Below, in pieces: positions 45,664 through 55,534 of a stretch of 64,000 nucleotides of DNA. The notes beneath the pieces are model-generated. The model searched no databases. It had not been told where the DNA came from and was given only the letters and a program-made list of their open reading frames with translations. A program made the position numbers and the translations under genes. Position 1 is the first letter of the stretch. Each line of letters starts with the position of its first letter. The stretch comes from an uncultured Eubacteriales bacterium (lineage in GTDB: Bacteria; Bacillota; Clostridia; Christensenellales; Aristaeellaceae), in assembly GCA_902767565.1 (NCBI GenBank), contig CACXHY010000001.1, positions 166,217-230,216 on the forward strand, read 5' to 3'.

Positions 45664-45793
45664 CTGACTGTTAGTTTTGACTAATACCTGCCGCGCGGCA
45701 TGTGTTTCTCCCTTCTCATGATCCGCGCGGCTTCTCTAAGACATAAAGGTTAGTTTATGCTAACACTTGATGCATCAAATCACGGAGGCCGTT

Positions 45794-46342
45794 ATGTCCC
45801 ACGAAATGCTGATCCGATGCTGCGCGCCGACCATGGCCTGCCTGAAAACCGGCAGCATGTTCACCTGCGCCTTCGACAGCAGGGAAGCCATGACGGACGA
45901 GCTGCGCAGGCTGAACCGGCGGCTTGGCGGCAAAGGCCTGCGCATCCTCCCCCTGCGCTGGCGCGGCGGGAGGGCGCTGCTGTACCTGTACCGGCCGAAG
46001 CTGCTGGAACGGGACCTGCGCGACCCTCTGTCCCGCAGGCTTCTCTCGGAGTGCGGCTATACCTGCGGCGACGCAGCGGTGTGCATCGCCCGGCTAATCT
46101 CGCGCCTGCGGGACAGCGCCGGTTTCCCCCACGAGGTGGGGTTGTTCCTGGGCTATCCCCCGGCGGACGTGGACGGATTCATGCACCGGAAGGACGAGTG
46201 CAAGCTCTGCGGGATCTGGAAGGTCTACGACGACGTGGAGAGCGCGACCCGTCAGTTTGCCCGCTGCAGGCACTGTACGGAGATCTATCTCCGCCGTTAC
46301 GCGGATGGCTGCTCCCTCGACAGGCTGGCCGTCGCCCGATGA
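45794..46342 (+). CDS. DUF3793 family protein (Cys-rich)
   Basis: MSHEMLIRCCAPTMACLKTGSMFTC...GYPPADVDGF; RBS GGAGG before ATG 45794. Confidence 0.55.
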   Translation: MSHEMLIRCCAPTMACLKTGSMFTCAFDSREAMTDELRRLNRRLGGKGLRILPLRWRGGRALLYLYRPKLLERDLRDPLSRRLLSECGYTCGDAAVCIARLISRLRDSAGFPHEVGLFLGYPPADVDGFMHRKDECKLCGIWKVYDDVESATRQFARCRHCTEIYLRRYADGCSLDRLAVAR

Positions 46343-46534
46343 CCGTGCTTGCGCGGCCGCGCCGGAACTGCAGATCAAATCACACAGGCCGTGCCGGACA
46401 TGGCATGGCTTTTTCACGTCTCCCGGTCTTTTTCGTTAAGCACGCGTATTCGCGGTTGCGTCGGGAGGACTTTTGCGGTATGATGATCCTGTCAGGATAA
46501 GAAAAACGAATCCGAAACGACGGGAGCTGAGCCC

Positions 46535-47407
46535 ATGCACCGACAGATGCGCTACTTCATCGCCGTGGTGGAGACCGGCAGCTTTTTCGAGGCCGGAGAG
46601 GTCTGCCACATCTCGCAGTCCGCCGTCTCCCAGCAGATCAAGGCGCTGGAAAACGAACTGCAGGTCACGCTGCTGGAGCGGCACGGGCGGAAGTTCACGG
46701 TGACCCCGGCGGGACAATACTTCTATGCCCAGGCCAAACGGCAGGTGGCGTCGCTGGATGTGCTGATCCGCGAGGTGCGGCGCATCGACAGCGACGAGTA
46801 CCAGAGCCTGCGAGTGGGCGTCCTGAACGGCTTCAGCCCGCGCATCATGCGGCAGGCGATCCGGGAATTCACGCAGAATCATCCCCACGTGCGCCTTTCC
46901 CTGACCACCGGGACCCACGAGGAGCTCTTTCACGCGCAGCACGACGGCAGGCTGGACATGGCCGTCAACGACCAGTGGCGGAAGCTGTCGGAGCAGGCCA
47001 TCAACGAGGAACTGACGGACCAGCCGCTCTTCGCCATGCTCCGGCAGGACCACCCGCTGGCGGTCGCGCCGGTGGCTGCCCTGGAAGCGCTGAAGGATTG
47101 GATGTGCATCCTTGTCACGCCGGAGGAACAGCGGGAGAACGAGGTCGTGCACTGGCGGGATTACTTCGGCCTGCAGAGCGACTTTCTGTTTGTGGATAAT
47201 GTGGAGACCGCCTGCATGGACGCCGCATCGGGAGCCGGATTCTACCTGTGCGACGGGGACATGCCGTGCCCCGACGGAACAGTCCTGCTGCCCCTGACCC
47301 GGGGCGGCGCGCCTATGACCCGCAAGATGTTCGCCTTCTGGCCGGAGAGCCGCGATTCTTCCCTGCAGTGGGAGTTTACCCAAGCGCTGCACACGGTCAT
47401 CAAATAA
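46535..47407 (+). CDS. LysR family transcriptional regulator
   Basis: N-terminal HTH MRYFIAVVETGSFFEAGEVCHISQSAVSQQIKALENEL plus a LysR substrate-binding domain. Confidence 0.9.
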   Translation: MHRQMRYFIAVVETGSFFEAGEVCHISQSAVSQQIKALENELQVTLLERHGRKFTVTPAGQYFYAQAKRQVASLDVLIREVRRIDSDEYQSLRVGVLNGFSPRIMRQAIREFTQNHPHVRLSLTTGTHEELFHAQHDGRLDMAVNDQWRKLSEQAINEELTDQPLFAMLRQDHPLAVAPVAALEALKDWMCILVTPEEQRENEVVHWRDYFGLQSDFLFVDNVETACMDAASGAGFYLCDGDMPCPDGTVLLPLTRGGAPMTRKMFAFWPESRDSSLQWEFTQALHTVIK

Positions 47408-47530
47408 GTGTTTCTTATTGGACGGCCTCGGAATCGGAATTGATTCGGGGCTGGTTTTTGTTTATGATGAAGATGCAGCAGGGAGATGGCTGTATCATCA
47501 GAGACAGACGGGCAGAAAGGCGGATGCGGT

Positions 47531-48043
47531 ATGGCTACACTCATCGCGTATTATTCCAGGAAGGGACAGAACTACTGGAATGGCAATATCATTGACCTGG
47601 CCAAAGGCAACACTGAGCGTGCTGCGGAATTCGTGCAGAAGGCGGTCGGCGGCGATCTGTTCGAAATCGAGACCGTGCGGACGTACAGCAAGGATTATCA
47701 CGCCTGCACTGTTGAGGCTAAAGCTGAGCTGCAGGAGGGTGCCCGCCCAGAGCTGAAGGCGATTCCGGACAGCCTGGACGATTATGACACGATCTTCCTG
47801 GGCTACCCCAACTGGTGCGGCACGATGCCCATGGCGGTGTGGACGTTCCTGGAGCACTTCGACCTGACCGGCAAGAAGATCGTGCCCTTCTGCACCAACG
47901 AGGGCAGCGGCATGGGCAGCAGCGAACGGGACCTGAAGAAGATCTGCAAAGGCGCGACTGTCGTGTCCGGCCTTTCGGTTCACGGGTCCGAAGTGACAAA
48001 CAGTGAAGCAAAAATCGCGGCCTGGGCGAAGAATAACGTTTGA
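47531..48043 (+). CDS. flavodoxin family protein
   Basis: LIAYYSRKGQNY...DTIFLGYPNWCGTMP flavodoxin-like fold. Confidence 0.7.
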   Translation: MATLIAYYSRKGQNYWNGNIIDLAKGNTERAAEFVQKAVGGDLFEIETVRTYSKDYHACTVEAKAELQEGARPELKAIPDSLDDYDTIFLGYPNWCGTMPMAVWTFLEHFDLTGKKIVPFCTNEGSGMGSSERDLKKICKGATVVSGLSVHGSEVTNSEAKIAAWAKNNV

Positions 48044-48057
48044 GGAGGAAAATCACC

Positions 48058-49191
48058 ATGACAGAAAACCGCTATTTCCCGGAAATCCACGGCAACTTCG
48101 GCTTCGGCTGCATGCGCCTGCCCATGAAGGACGGCGAGGTGAACCACGAGCTGTTCTGCCGGATGGCGGACGCCTTTCTCGACGCGGGGCTGAACTACTT
48201 CGATACGGCCCACGGCTACCTGGGCGGCAAGAGCGAGACGGCGATCCGCGAAGCCGTCGCGAAGCGGCATAACCGGAGCGAGTTCATCCTCACGGACAAG
48301 CTGACCACCTCTTTCTTCAGGAAACAGGAAGACATTCGTCCTTTCTTCGAGAGCCAGCTGGAAGCCTGCGGCGTAGATTACTTTGATTTCTACCTGATGC
48401 ATGCTCAGGACAGGAACAACTATCAGAAATACAAGGCCTGCCGCGCATATGAGACAGCCCTCGAGCTGAAGGCCGAAGGCAGGATCCGCCATTTCGGCAT
48501 CTCCTTCCACGACAAGGCCGAGGTGCTGGATATGATCCTCACCGAGCACCCGGAGATCGAGGTCGTGCAGATGCAGTTCAACTATGTGGATTACGAGGAT
48601 GCCTCCGTGGAAAGCCGCAAGGTCTACGAGGTGGCCGAGAAGCACGGCAAGCCCGTCCTCGTCATGGAGCCGGTGAAGGGCGGCAGCCTGGTGAACCTTC
48701 CGGAAGAAGCTGACAGGATCTTCCGCGATCTGGGCGGCGGCAGCAACGCCAGCTACGCCCTGCGCTTCGCGGCGAGCTTCCCGAACATGTGCGTGGTCCT
48801 CTCAGGCATGAGCGACATGGCCCAGATGGAGGACAACCTGAGCGCCATGCGCGATTTCGAACCCCTGAACGCCGAGGAGCGGGAGGCAGTGGACAAGGTC
48901 TGTGCCATCTTCCGCGGGCTGAACCTGATCCCCTGCACGGGCTGCCGCTACTGTATCGAAGAGAGCACCTGCCCGAAGGGAATCCGCATCCCGGACATGT
49001 TCTCCTCCCTGAATGCCCACGAGGCTTTCCACAACTGGAACACCGCCTATTACTACAACAACGTCATCACCGGCGATGGCCACGGCAAGGCCTCCGAGTG
49101 CATCCGCTGCGGCAAGTGCGAGCGGGTCTGCCCCCAGCATCTGCCGATACGGGAATTGCTGAAGAACGTCGCAGAGACCTTTGAGACCTGA
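48058..49191 (+). CDS. aldo/keto reductase fused to a C-terminal 4Fe-4S ferredoxin-like domain (paralog of 43371..44465)
   Basis: AKR N-terminus GFGCMRLPMKDG...YFDTAHGY; C-terminal CTGCRYCIEESTCP...CIRCGKCERVCP; RBS GAGGAGG before ATG 48058. Confidence 0.8.
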   Translation: MTENRYFPEIHGNFGFGCMRLPMKDGEVNHELFCRMADAFLDAGLNYFDTAHGYLGGKSETAIREAVAKRHNRSEFILTDKLTTSFFRKQEDIRPFFESQLEACGVDYFDFYLMHAQDRNNYQKYKACRAYETALELKAEGRIRHFGISFHDKAEVLDMILTEHPEIEVVQMQFNYVDYEDASVESRKVYEVAEKHGKPVLVMEPVKGGSLVNLPEEADRIFRDLGGGSNASYALRFAASFPNMCVVLSGMSDMAQMEDNLSAMRDFEPLNAEEREAVDKVCAIFRGLNLIPCTGCRYCIEESTCPKGIRIPDMFSSLNAHEAFHNWNTAYYYNNVITGDGHGKASECIRCGKCERVCPQHLPIRELLKNVAETFET

Positions 49192-49198
49192 GGGGGAC

Positions 49199-50041
49199 AT
49201 GGAAATGTTGAACAAGGAAGTTATGCTTGTGACCGGCGCCGGGCAGATCAGCATGGCGATCGCCCGCCGCGTGGGCTTCGGAAAGAAAATCATCCTCGGT
49301 GATAAACGGATCGAAAATGCCAATGCCATTGCAAAGACCATGAACGAAGCCGGTTTCGATGTTGTGCCCTTTGAGATGGATCTCTCCAGCCGCGAAAGCA
49401 TTCTTGCGATCATCGCGGAAGCGCAGAAGTACGGCGAAATCAAGTATCTGGTCAACGGTGCGGGCGTGTCGCCGAGCCAGGCGCCGATCGAGGTTGTCCT
49501 GAAGGTTGATCTCTACGGCACGGCGGTATTGCTCGAAGAAGTCGGCAAAGTGATCGCCCCGGGCGGCAGCGGCGTGACGATCTCCAGCCAGTCCGGCTGG
49601 CGGATGCCCGCGCTGACCGCGGAGGAGGACGCGCAGCTGGCCACGGCCCCCACAGAAGAGCTGCTGAGCCTGCCGATCCTGCAGAAAGAGAACGTGCGCG
49701 ACAATCTCCACGCCTATCAGCTGGCGAAGCGCTGCAACGAAAAGCGCGTCATGGCGGAGTGCGTCAAATGGGGCATGCGCGGCGCGCGGCTCAACGACAT
49801 CGCTCCGGGCATCATCGTGACGCCGCTGGCCATTGACGAGTTCAACGGCCCCCGCGGAGACTTCTACAAGAATATGTTCGCAAAGTGCCCGGCCGGACGT
49901 CCTGGAACGGCGGACGAGGTTGCGAACGTTGCTGCCCTGCTCATGAGCGACGCGGGCGCCTTCATCACCGGCTCCACCGTCCTGATCGACGGCGGTGCGA
50001 CCGCCAGCTACTTCTACGGCCCGCTGAAGCCGCAGGCCTGA
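49199..50041 (+). CDS. SDR family oxidoreductase
   Basis: VTGAGQISMAIARR glycine-rich NAD(P)-binding motif; catalytic YxxxK (YQLAK). Confidence 0.8.
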   Translation: MEMLNKEVMLVTGAGQISMAIARRVGFGKKIILGDKRIENANAIAKTMNEAGFDVVPFEMDLSSRESILAIIAEAQKYGEIKYLVNGAGVSPSQAPIEVVLKVDLYGTAVLLEEVGKVIAPGGSGVTISSQSGWRMPALTAEEDAQLATAPTEELLSLPILQKENVRDNLHAYQLAKRCNEKRVMAECVKWGMRGARLNDIAPGIIVTPLAIDEFNGPRGDFYKNMFAKCPAGRPGTADEVANVAALLMSDAGAFITGSTVLIDGGATASYFYGPLKPQA

Positions 50042-50072
50042 ACCAGACGCGGAGGAGAAAGAGGGAATCGCC

Positions 50073-51500
50073 TTGACATTCATCCAGAGACTGATCGAAC
50101 CCAAAGCGCAGCTTCCGGAGGAGCGCAAGACCTTCACCAACGCCACGCTGAAGGCCATGATCGTCCCGCTGGTCATCGAGAGCGTCCTGCAGATGGTGGT
50201 CGGCCTGGCCGACACTATGATGGCCAGCCATGCCGGCGAGGGCGTACTGACCGGCGTCGGACTCGACAATCTGATCATCACGGTCTTTATCTATCTGTTC
50301 ACCGCCCTATCCGCGGGCGGCGCGGTGGTCGTGTCTCAGTATATCGGCAGCAGGGATCAGGAGCATGCCGACCTCTCCGCATCCCAGGTCTTTCATATCG
50401 CCGGGCTGCTGTCGCTGGTCTGCACGGCGCTCATGCTGATCTTCGGCGAGGCGCTGATCGACTGGGTCTTTGCCGAAAAGAGCGACGCCGTTAGATCCGC
50501 CTGCAAAACTTACATGTGGATCGTGGCGCTTTCCTTCCCGGCCACGGCGATCTACAACGCAGGGGCCGCGGTCTTCCGGGCCATGGGACAGACGCGCATC
50601 ACCATGTGGGTCACTCTGACGGGCAATATCGTGAACGTGATCGGAAACGCCATCGGCGTCTTTGTCCTGCACGCCGGGGCGGCGGGCGTCGCGTGGCCCA
50701 CCACCATATCCTGGTACCTGAATGCGGCGCTGATGACCTGGCTCTGCCTGGGCACCTCCCGGGGCGAGGCTCTGCTGGAACATCTGAAGGCATCGCGCAA
50801 GGTAAAAGTCAGGCTCCGGCCCCGCGACGCGTTCGTCCTGCACCCCGCGATGGCGAAGCGCATCCTGGGCGTCGCCATCCCCAACTCCATCGAGAACACG
50901 CTGTTCCAGGCTTCCAAGGTGGTCATCAGCTTCATGCTGCTGGCCAGCCTGCCCGACATGCACATCGACGCGAACTCCACCGGCCAGACCTTCTGGTCCC
51001 TCGCCGCCTGCATGGGAACGGCCATGGGCACCGTCTTCATCACCGTGGTCGGACAGTGCACCGGCGCGGGCGACAATGAAGCCGCGGAGTGGTACATCCG
51101 GAAACTGACCCGGCTGTCGCTGGTGCTGGCCACGGTCTGGAACGCCATGGTCATGATCCTCTGCCCGCTGCTGATGCCGCTGTACGATCTGCCCGTGGAG
51201 ACAAAGACGCTGATCCTCATCATCGTGGGCATCCACAACCTGTTCTCCGCCTTCGTGCAGCCCTTCTCCGGGCCGCTGTCCTCGGGTCTGCGGGCCGCGG
51301 GCGACGTGAAATTCACCATGTGGGCATCGATCTTCGCCACGGTGGTCTGCCGCACCTTCCTGTCCTTCGTCTTTGCAAAGTGGCTGGGGATGGGCGTGAT
51401 CGGCATCGCCATCGCCATGGTGCTGGACTGGTGCATCAAAGCGGTCCTCGACGCGTCACGTTTTGACAGCGGCAAGTGGAAGGACCGCAAGATCATCTGA
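50073..51500 (+). CDS. MATE family efflux transporter
   Basis: 12-TM architecture; MATE N-terminal motif (TFTNATLKAMIVPLVIESVLQMVVGLADTMM); TTG start after GAGGGA. Confidence 0.8.
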   Translation: MTFIQRLIEPKAQLPEERKTFTNATLKAMIVPLVIESVLQMVVGLADTMMASHAGEGVLTGVGLDNLIITVFIYLFTALSAGGAVVVSQYIGSRDQEHADLSASQVFHIAGLLSLVCTALMLIFGEALIDWVFAEKSDAVRSACKTYMWIVALSFPATAIYNAGAAVFRAMGQTRITMWVTLTGNIVNVIGNAIGVFVLHAGAAGVAWPTTISWYLNAALMTWLCLGTSRGEALLEHLKASRKVKVRLRPRDAFVLHPAMAKRILGVAIPNSIENTLFQASKVVISFMLLASLPDMHIDANSTGQTFWSLAACMGTAMGTVFITVVGQCTGAGDNEAAEWYIRKLTRLSLVLATVWNAMVMILCPLLMPLYDLPVETKTLILIIVGIHNLFSAFVQPFSGPLSSGLRAAGDVKFTMWASIFATVVCRTFLSFVFAKWLGMGVIGIAIAMVLDWCIKAVLDASRFDSGKWKDRKII

Positions 51501-51669
51501 TGCCGGTCTCACATCGGAATCGCAAGTCACGCAAAGGGATTCAGCCGAAGGTCCGGGGCAGGCGGAAGGCCCCGGCAGCGCTCAGCAGAGTGCGAGATCC
51601 CCTTGCCGGGATACGGTATTTCTGATATGATCGGTATGACAACCCGCGAGGACAAGGAGGGATCCGGAT

Positions 51670-51996
51670 ATGGCCATCACCGTCAACCTGCGCTACACCG
51701 GCACGGGCGGAAATGCCCGCAAGTTTGCCGAGGAAATGACCGCGAGCGGCACCGTCGACGCGATCCGCGCCGAGGCCGGCAATCTGCGCTACGAATACTT
51801 CATATCTCTGGACGACCCCGAAACCGTGCTGCTGATCGACAGCTGGACGGACCAGACCGCGATCGACGTTCACCACGCCTCCCCCATGATGGCGACCCTC
51901 GCCGCGCTGCGCGAGAAGTACGACCTCCACATGGCGGTGGAGCGGTATGTCAGCGCGGAGGTCCCGGAGTCGGAGAACCGCTTCATTCGCAGGTGA
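51670..51996 (+). CDS. antibiotic biosynthesis monooxygenase (ABM) family protein
   Basis: ~108 aa ferredoxin-like ABM domain. Confidence 0.55.
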   Translation: MAITVNLRYTGTGGNARKFAEEMTASGTVDAIRAEAGNLRYEYFISLDDPETVLLIDSWTDQTAIDVHHASPMMATLAALREKYDLHMAVERYVSAEVPESENRFIRR

Positions 51997-52138
51997 ACCT
52001 GTCTGCCGTGCCGGATCGGCTGCCTCCGGCACGGTTTTGTGATGGCCGCGCACCCATATGGATCGTCCAATCTTGCACAAGTCTGCGCCATCGGGTATAA
52101 TGGCGGTGATATCTCAGAGAAACGGAACGGTCACGGTC

Positions 52139-53464
52139 ATGGAAAAAGAGCAGGAGAGCCGCTTTGAACACGGCGGGCTGATCACGAACTACTTCCGCCT
52201 GGCGCTGCCGGTAGTGCTGGGATCCATCGTCACCATCGTCTACAATCTGGCGGATACCTATTTCATCTCGCAGACAGAAAACACCTCGCTCATCGCAGGG
52301 GTGTCGGTTTGCGCGCCGATCTTCACGATCCTGATGGCCTTCGGAAACATCTTCGGTCAGGGAGGCAGCTCTCTGCTCTCCCGCCTTCTCGGACAAAAGC
52401 GCCCGAAAGACGCGCGGAGGGTCAGCGCATTCTGCTTCTGGATCGCGCTGGCCACGGGAGCAGCTGTCGGAGGGCTGGCGCTTGTGCTGCGGGATCCCTT
52501 TCTTTCCATTTTGGGCGCCAGCGCGGACAGCCTGCCTCACGCCCGGGAATACGGGACCGTGCTGATGCTTGGCGCACCGCTCATCACGGTGAATTTCATC
52601 CACATGAACCTGCTGCGCTGCGACGGAAAGGCCGCCCTCTCCATGACGGGCACGCTGATCGGCGCCGCGGTCAACATCATTCTGGATTCGCTGCTGATCC
52701 CCGGCATGGGCGCCTGCGGCGCGGCCATCGCCACCGTCATCGGGTACGGCTGCAGCGATCTGTTTCTGTTCTTCATCGCCGCACGCTTCAGTGCCGTCCT
52801 TTCCGTCCGTCCGCTGCTGCGCATTGAAGAGCCGTTCCTGAAGGATGTGCTGTCCATCGGCGTAACGGCCGCGATCACCAATATCGCCGGCAGCATATGC
52901 ATGATCCTGCTGAACCGGCAGCTGCTGCCGTACGGGGATGACCGCATCGCCGCCATGGGCATTGTGCTGAAGGTGACCATGATCGTGCAAATGATCCTGG
53001 TAGGCTTCTCCTTCGGAGGCGTGCCGCTGTTCGGTTATCTCTCCGGCGCCGGAAGACAGGATCGGATCCGCAAACTGCTGCGGTTCTGTCTGCTGTTCCT
53101 CGTCAGCCTGTCGCTGCTCATGACCCTTGTCATCGTGCTGGCGGCGGCGCCGCTCCTCAGCCTCGTCACCCCGGATGAGCAGCTGGTCACGCTCGGCGTG
53201 CCCATGCTGCGCCGGCTGGTGAGCGGCTGCGTTTTCGCGGGCGTGGTGATGCTGCTGACCTGTCTCTGCCAGGCGTCGGGCAAGGCCGGGCCCGCGCTGA
53301 TCCTGTCCCTCAGCCGTCAGGGCGTCGTCTTCGCGGTCGTGCTGCTGATCGCATCCCGCCTGTTCGGGTACGAGGGCATTCTCGCGTCCCAGCCGGCGGC
53401 GGATCTGCTCAGCGCGGTGCTGGCCGTGCTCATCGTTCGGCGCATTCTGACGGGCATAGAGTGA
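52139..53464 (+). CDS. MATE family efflux transporter (second copy)
   Basis: 12 TM; MATE motifs. A TATAAT at 52094-52099 suggests its own promoter; start taken at ATG 52139 (MEKEQES). Confidence 0.75.
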   Translation: MEKEQESRFEHGGLITNYFRLALPVVLGSIVTIVYNLADTYFISQTENTSLIAGVSVCAPIFTILMAFGNIFGQGGSSLLSRLLGQKRPKDARRVSAFCFWIALATGAAVGGLALVLRDPFLSILGASADSLPHAREYGTVLMLGAPLITVNFIHMNLLRCDGKAALSMTGTLIGAAVNIILDSLLIPGMGACGAAIATVIGYGCSDLFLFFIAARFSAVLSVRPLLRIEEPFLKDVLSIGVTAAITNIAGSICMILLNRQLLPYGDDRIAAMGIVLKVTMIVQMILVGFSFGGVPLFGYLSGAGRQDRIRKLLRFCLLFLVSLSLLMTLVIVLAAAPLLSLVTPDEQLVTLGVPMLRRLVSGCVFAGVVMLLTCLCQASGKAGPALILSLSRQGVVFAVVLLIASRLFGYEGILASQPAADLLSAVLAVLIVRRILTGIE

Positions 53465-53571
53465 TGCGCCGGACCATCATGACCCGGCGACCGGACGGAT
53501 CTGTCCTCACGGCGGGATGCGCATTCACAGGCCGCTTGCCCTTCCGTGACGGCATGGGATGACCGAGAGAG

Positions 53572-54447
53572 GTGAGACCGTTGTACCTGTCAGCCTTCTA
53601 TTTCCCGGGCGCGGAGCGGGAAGCCGACTTCATGTTCGGCCTCAAGACCACGTACGATCAGAGCGTTTATCCGTATGGCGTCCTTCCGAAGGCGGGCCTT
53701 GACGAGATCTTCTTCAAGCCTGTAACGATCCTGTACGGCGGAAACGGCTGCGGCAAAAGCACCGCCCTCAATGTGATCGCGGAAAAGCTGCGGCTGGACC
53801 GGACCTGCTCGTATAACCGGTCCCGCTTCTTCGGGCGGTTCGTGGATGACTGCCGGGCTTCGGTGGAGGACGGGATCCCGAAGGGGAGCCGCATCATCAC
53901 CAGCGACGACGTGTTCAACATGATGCTGGACATCCGCGCGCTCAACGACGGCATCGACCTCCGGCGGGAGGAGCTGGCGGAAGACTACTTCCGGCTGAAG
54001 CGGGAGAGATTCCGGGTGCAGTCGCTGGACGACTACGAGCACCTGCGGCAGGTGACCCTCGCGCGGAGCAAAACGCTGAGCAGATTCATGGCGCAGGAGT
54101 CCGGGAAAAGCGTCCGGGAACGCTCCAACGGCGAGAGCGCGCTCATGTACTTTCAGAGCAGGATGGACACGGATACCCTCTGCCTGCTGGACGAGCCCGA
54201 AAACAGCCTGAGCCCGGAGAACCAGCTGATCCTGGCGGACTTCCTGGCCGAAGCCGTCCGCTACTGCGGGAACCAGCTGATCATCAGCACCCATTCCCCC
54301 TTCCTGCTGGCGCTCCCGGGCGCCCGCATCATCGACCTGGACCGGCAGTCCGAGGTGGCGGACAGCTGGACCGAACTGAAGAATCCCCGGGTCTATTACG
54401 AGTTCTTCAGGAAACACGCGGCCGAGTTCGAGGACCGGCGGGAATGA
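53572..54447 (+). CDS. AAA-type ATP-binding protein (AAA_21/ABC-ATPase-like, orphan)
   Basis: P-loop GGNGCGKST and Walker B LLDEPENSLSP; no adjacent permease or partner; GTG start. Confidence 0.55.
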   Translation: MRPLYLSAFYFPGAEREADFMFGLKTTYDQSVYPYGVLPKAGLDEIFFKPVTILYGGNGCGKSTALNVIAEKLRLDRTCSYNRSRFFGRFVDDCRASVEDGIPKGSRIITSDDVFNMMLDIRALNDGIDLRREELAEDYFRLKRERFRVQSLDDYEHLRQVTLARSKTLSRFMAQESGKSVRERSNGESALMYFQSRMDTDTLCLLDEPENSLSPENQLILADFLAEAVRYCGNQLIISTHSPFLLALPGARIIDLDRQSEVADSWTELKNPRVYYEFFRKHAAEFEDRRE

Positions 54448-54544
54448 ATCCCGCAGAGGAAAAGGCGGCCCGCCGCTCAGAGGACGGACCGCCCACGCTT
54501 TAAGGAAATGGCGGGAGAAGCGAAGGCCTCTCCCGTCATTTGCG

Positions 54545-54841
54545 TTACTCGATGTTCAGAACATCCGAAAACCCGGTGACCTCGAAGACTTCCTTTACGA
54601 GTTCGTTGGCGTTCCTGATGACCAGCCCGTCCTTGTTCATCAGGCTCTTATGGGCGGTCAGCAGTACGCGCAAACCCGCCGAGGAAATATAGTCCAGCTT
54701 TTCAAGGTCAAGGGTCAGGGAGGAAATCGCAGGGAGATGCTTGTTCAGAAGCTCCTCCAGTTCCGGTGCAGACATCGTGTCCAGGCGCCCCTCCAGGGCG
54801 ACAGCCAGCTTGTCATTTTCTCTGGTTGGATGAATCGTCAT
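54545..54841 (-). CDS. STAS-domain protein (anti-sigma-factor antagonist-like)
   Basis: LEGRLDTMSAPELEELL...LDLEKLDYISSAGLRVLL, with the conserved phospho-Ser context DYISSAG. The start is probably the internal ATG at 54841 (MTIHPT, spacing to AAAGGAG ok). Confidence 0.75.
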   Translation of the reverse strand: MTIHPTRENDKLAVALEGRLDTMSAPELEELLNKHLPAISSLTLDLEKLDYISSAGLRVLLTAHKSLMNKDGLVIRNANELVKEVFEVTGFSDVLNIE

Positions 54842-54864
54842 ATCCATTTCTCCTTTGCATCGAC

Positions 54865-55407
54865 TCACTCGGCAAATTCCTTCGTGACGGTGAGTTCGAC
54901 AAGATGCCGCCGGATCCCGATCTTCACGTCGTCCGTGAGGGAGAGCAGGACCGAGCGCTCCAGCTTATCCCATTTGGGCTCATTGATCACCGTGTCGGTG
55001 AGATCCGCGGCCTGGGAACGGTTGCCGGATTCGCTGTAGTAGCGGTCCACATCCGAACCCACCGCCATGGCGGCCTCGTAGATCTCACGGAGTTTTCCGA
55101 GGAAACCCTTGGCCGCTTCATTGGTCCCGGAGGAGGAGGAGCGGACCAGTTCGCCGCGCTGCGTGTTGCCCAGCGTCTGCCTGGACTGCAGATGCAGGGT
55201 AAAGACCTTCCCCTCGTTCTCGATCCAGAACTCCGCGTCCAGCTTCCCCGCGATACTGCGCACCAGGGAAAGCATCTCCTCGGTGATCAGGCAGAGCTGC
55301 CGGGTCTCCTTCGGGGTAAGAATGCCCTCCGCTGCCAGTTCCGTTTCCTTGTGAGCGTCACTGAAGCCATCCCCGGTGCTGCGGATGACAATGGTTCTTG
55401 ATTTCAT
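54865..55407 (-). CDS. hypothetical protein (180 aa) co-operonic with the STAS protein
   Basis: No clear motifs; the stop abuts the STAS gene start. Confidence 0.4.
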   Translation of the reverse strand: MKSRTIVIRSTGDGFSDAHKETELAAEGILTPKETRQLCLITEEMLSLVRSIAGKLDAEFWIENEGKVFTLHLQSRQTLGNTQRGELVRSSSSGTNEAAKGFLGKLREIYEAAMAVGSDVDRYYSESGNRSQAADLTDTVINEPKWDKLERSVLLSLTDDVKIGIRRHLVELTVTKEFAE

Positions 55408-55534
55408 GGGTTCAGGTTCCTCCTTTGGTCGAACATGATAAGCGCCGCCGGATCCTCATCGCGCACCCCGGCGCTCCGCGGGCATGACAGCCGCTGTGAT
55501 GCCACGCCCGCGGAGCCGCTGTGATGCGCGGCAA

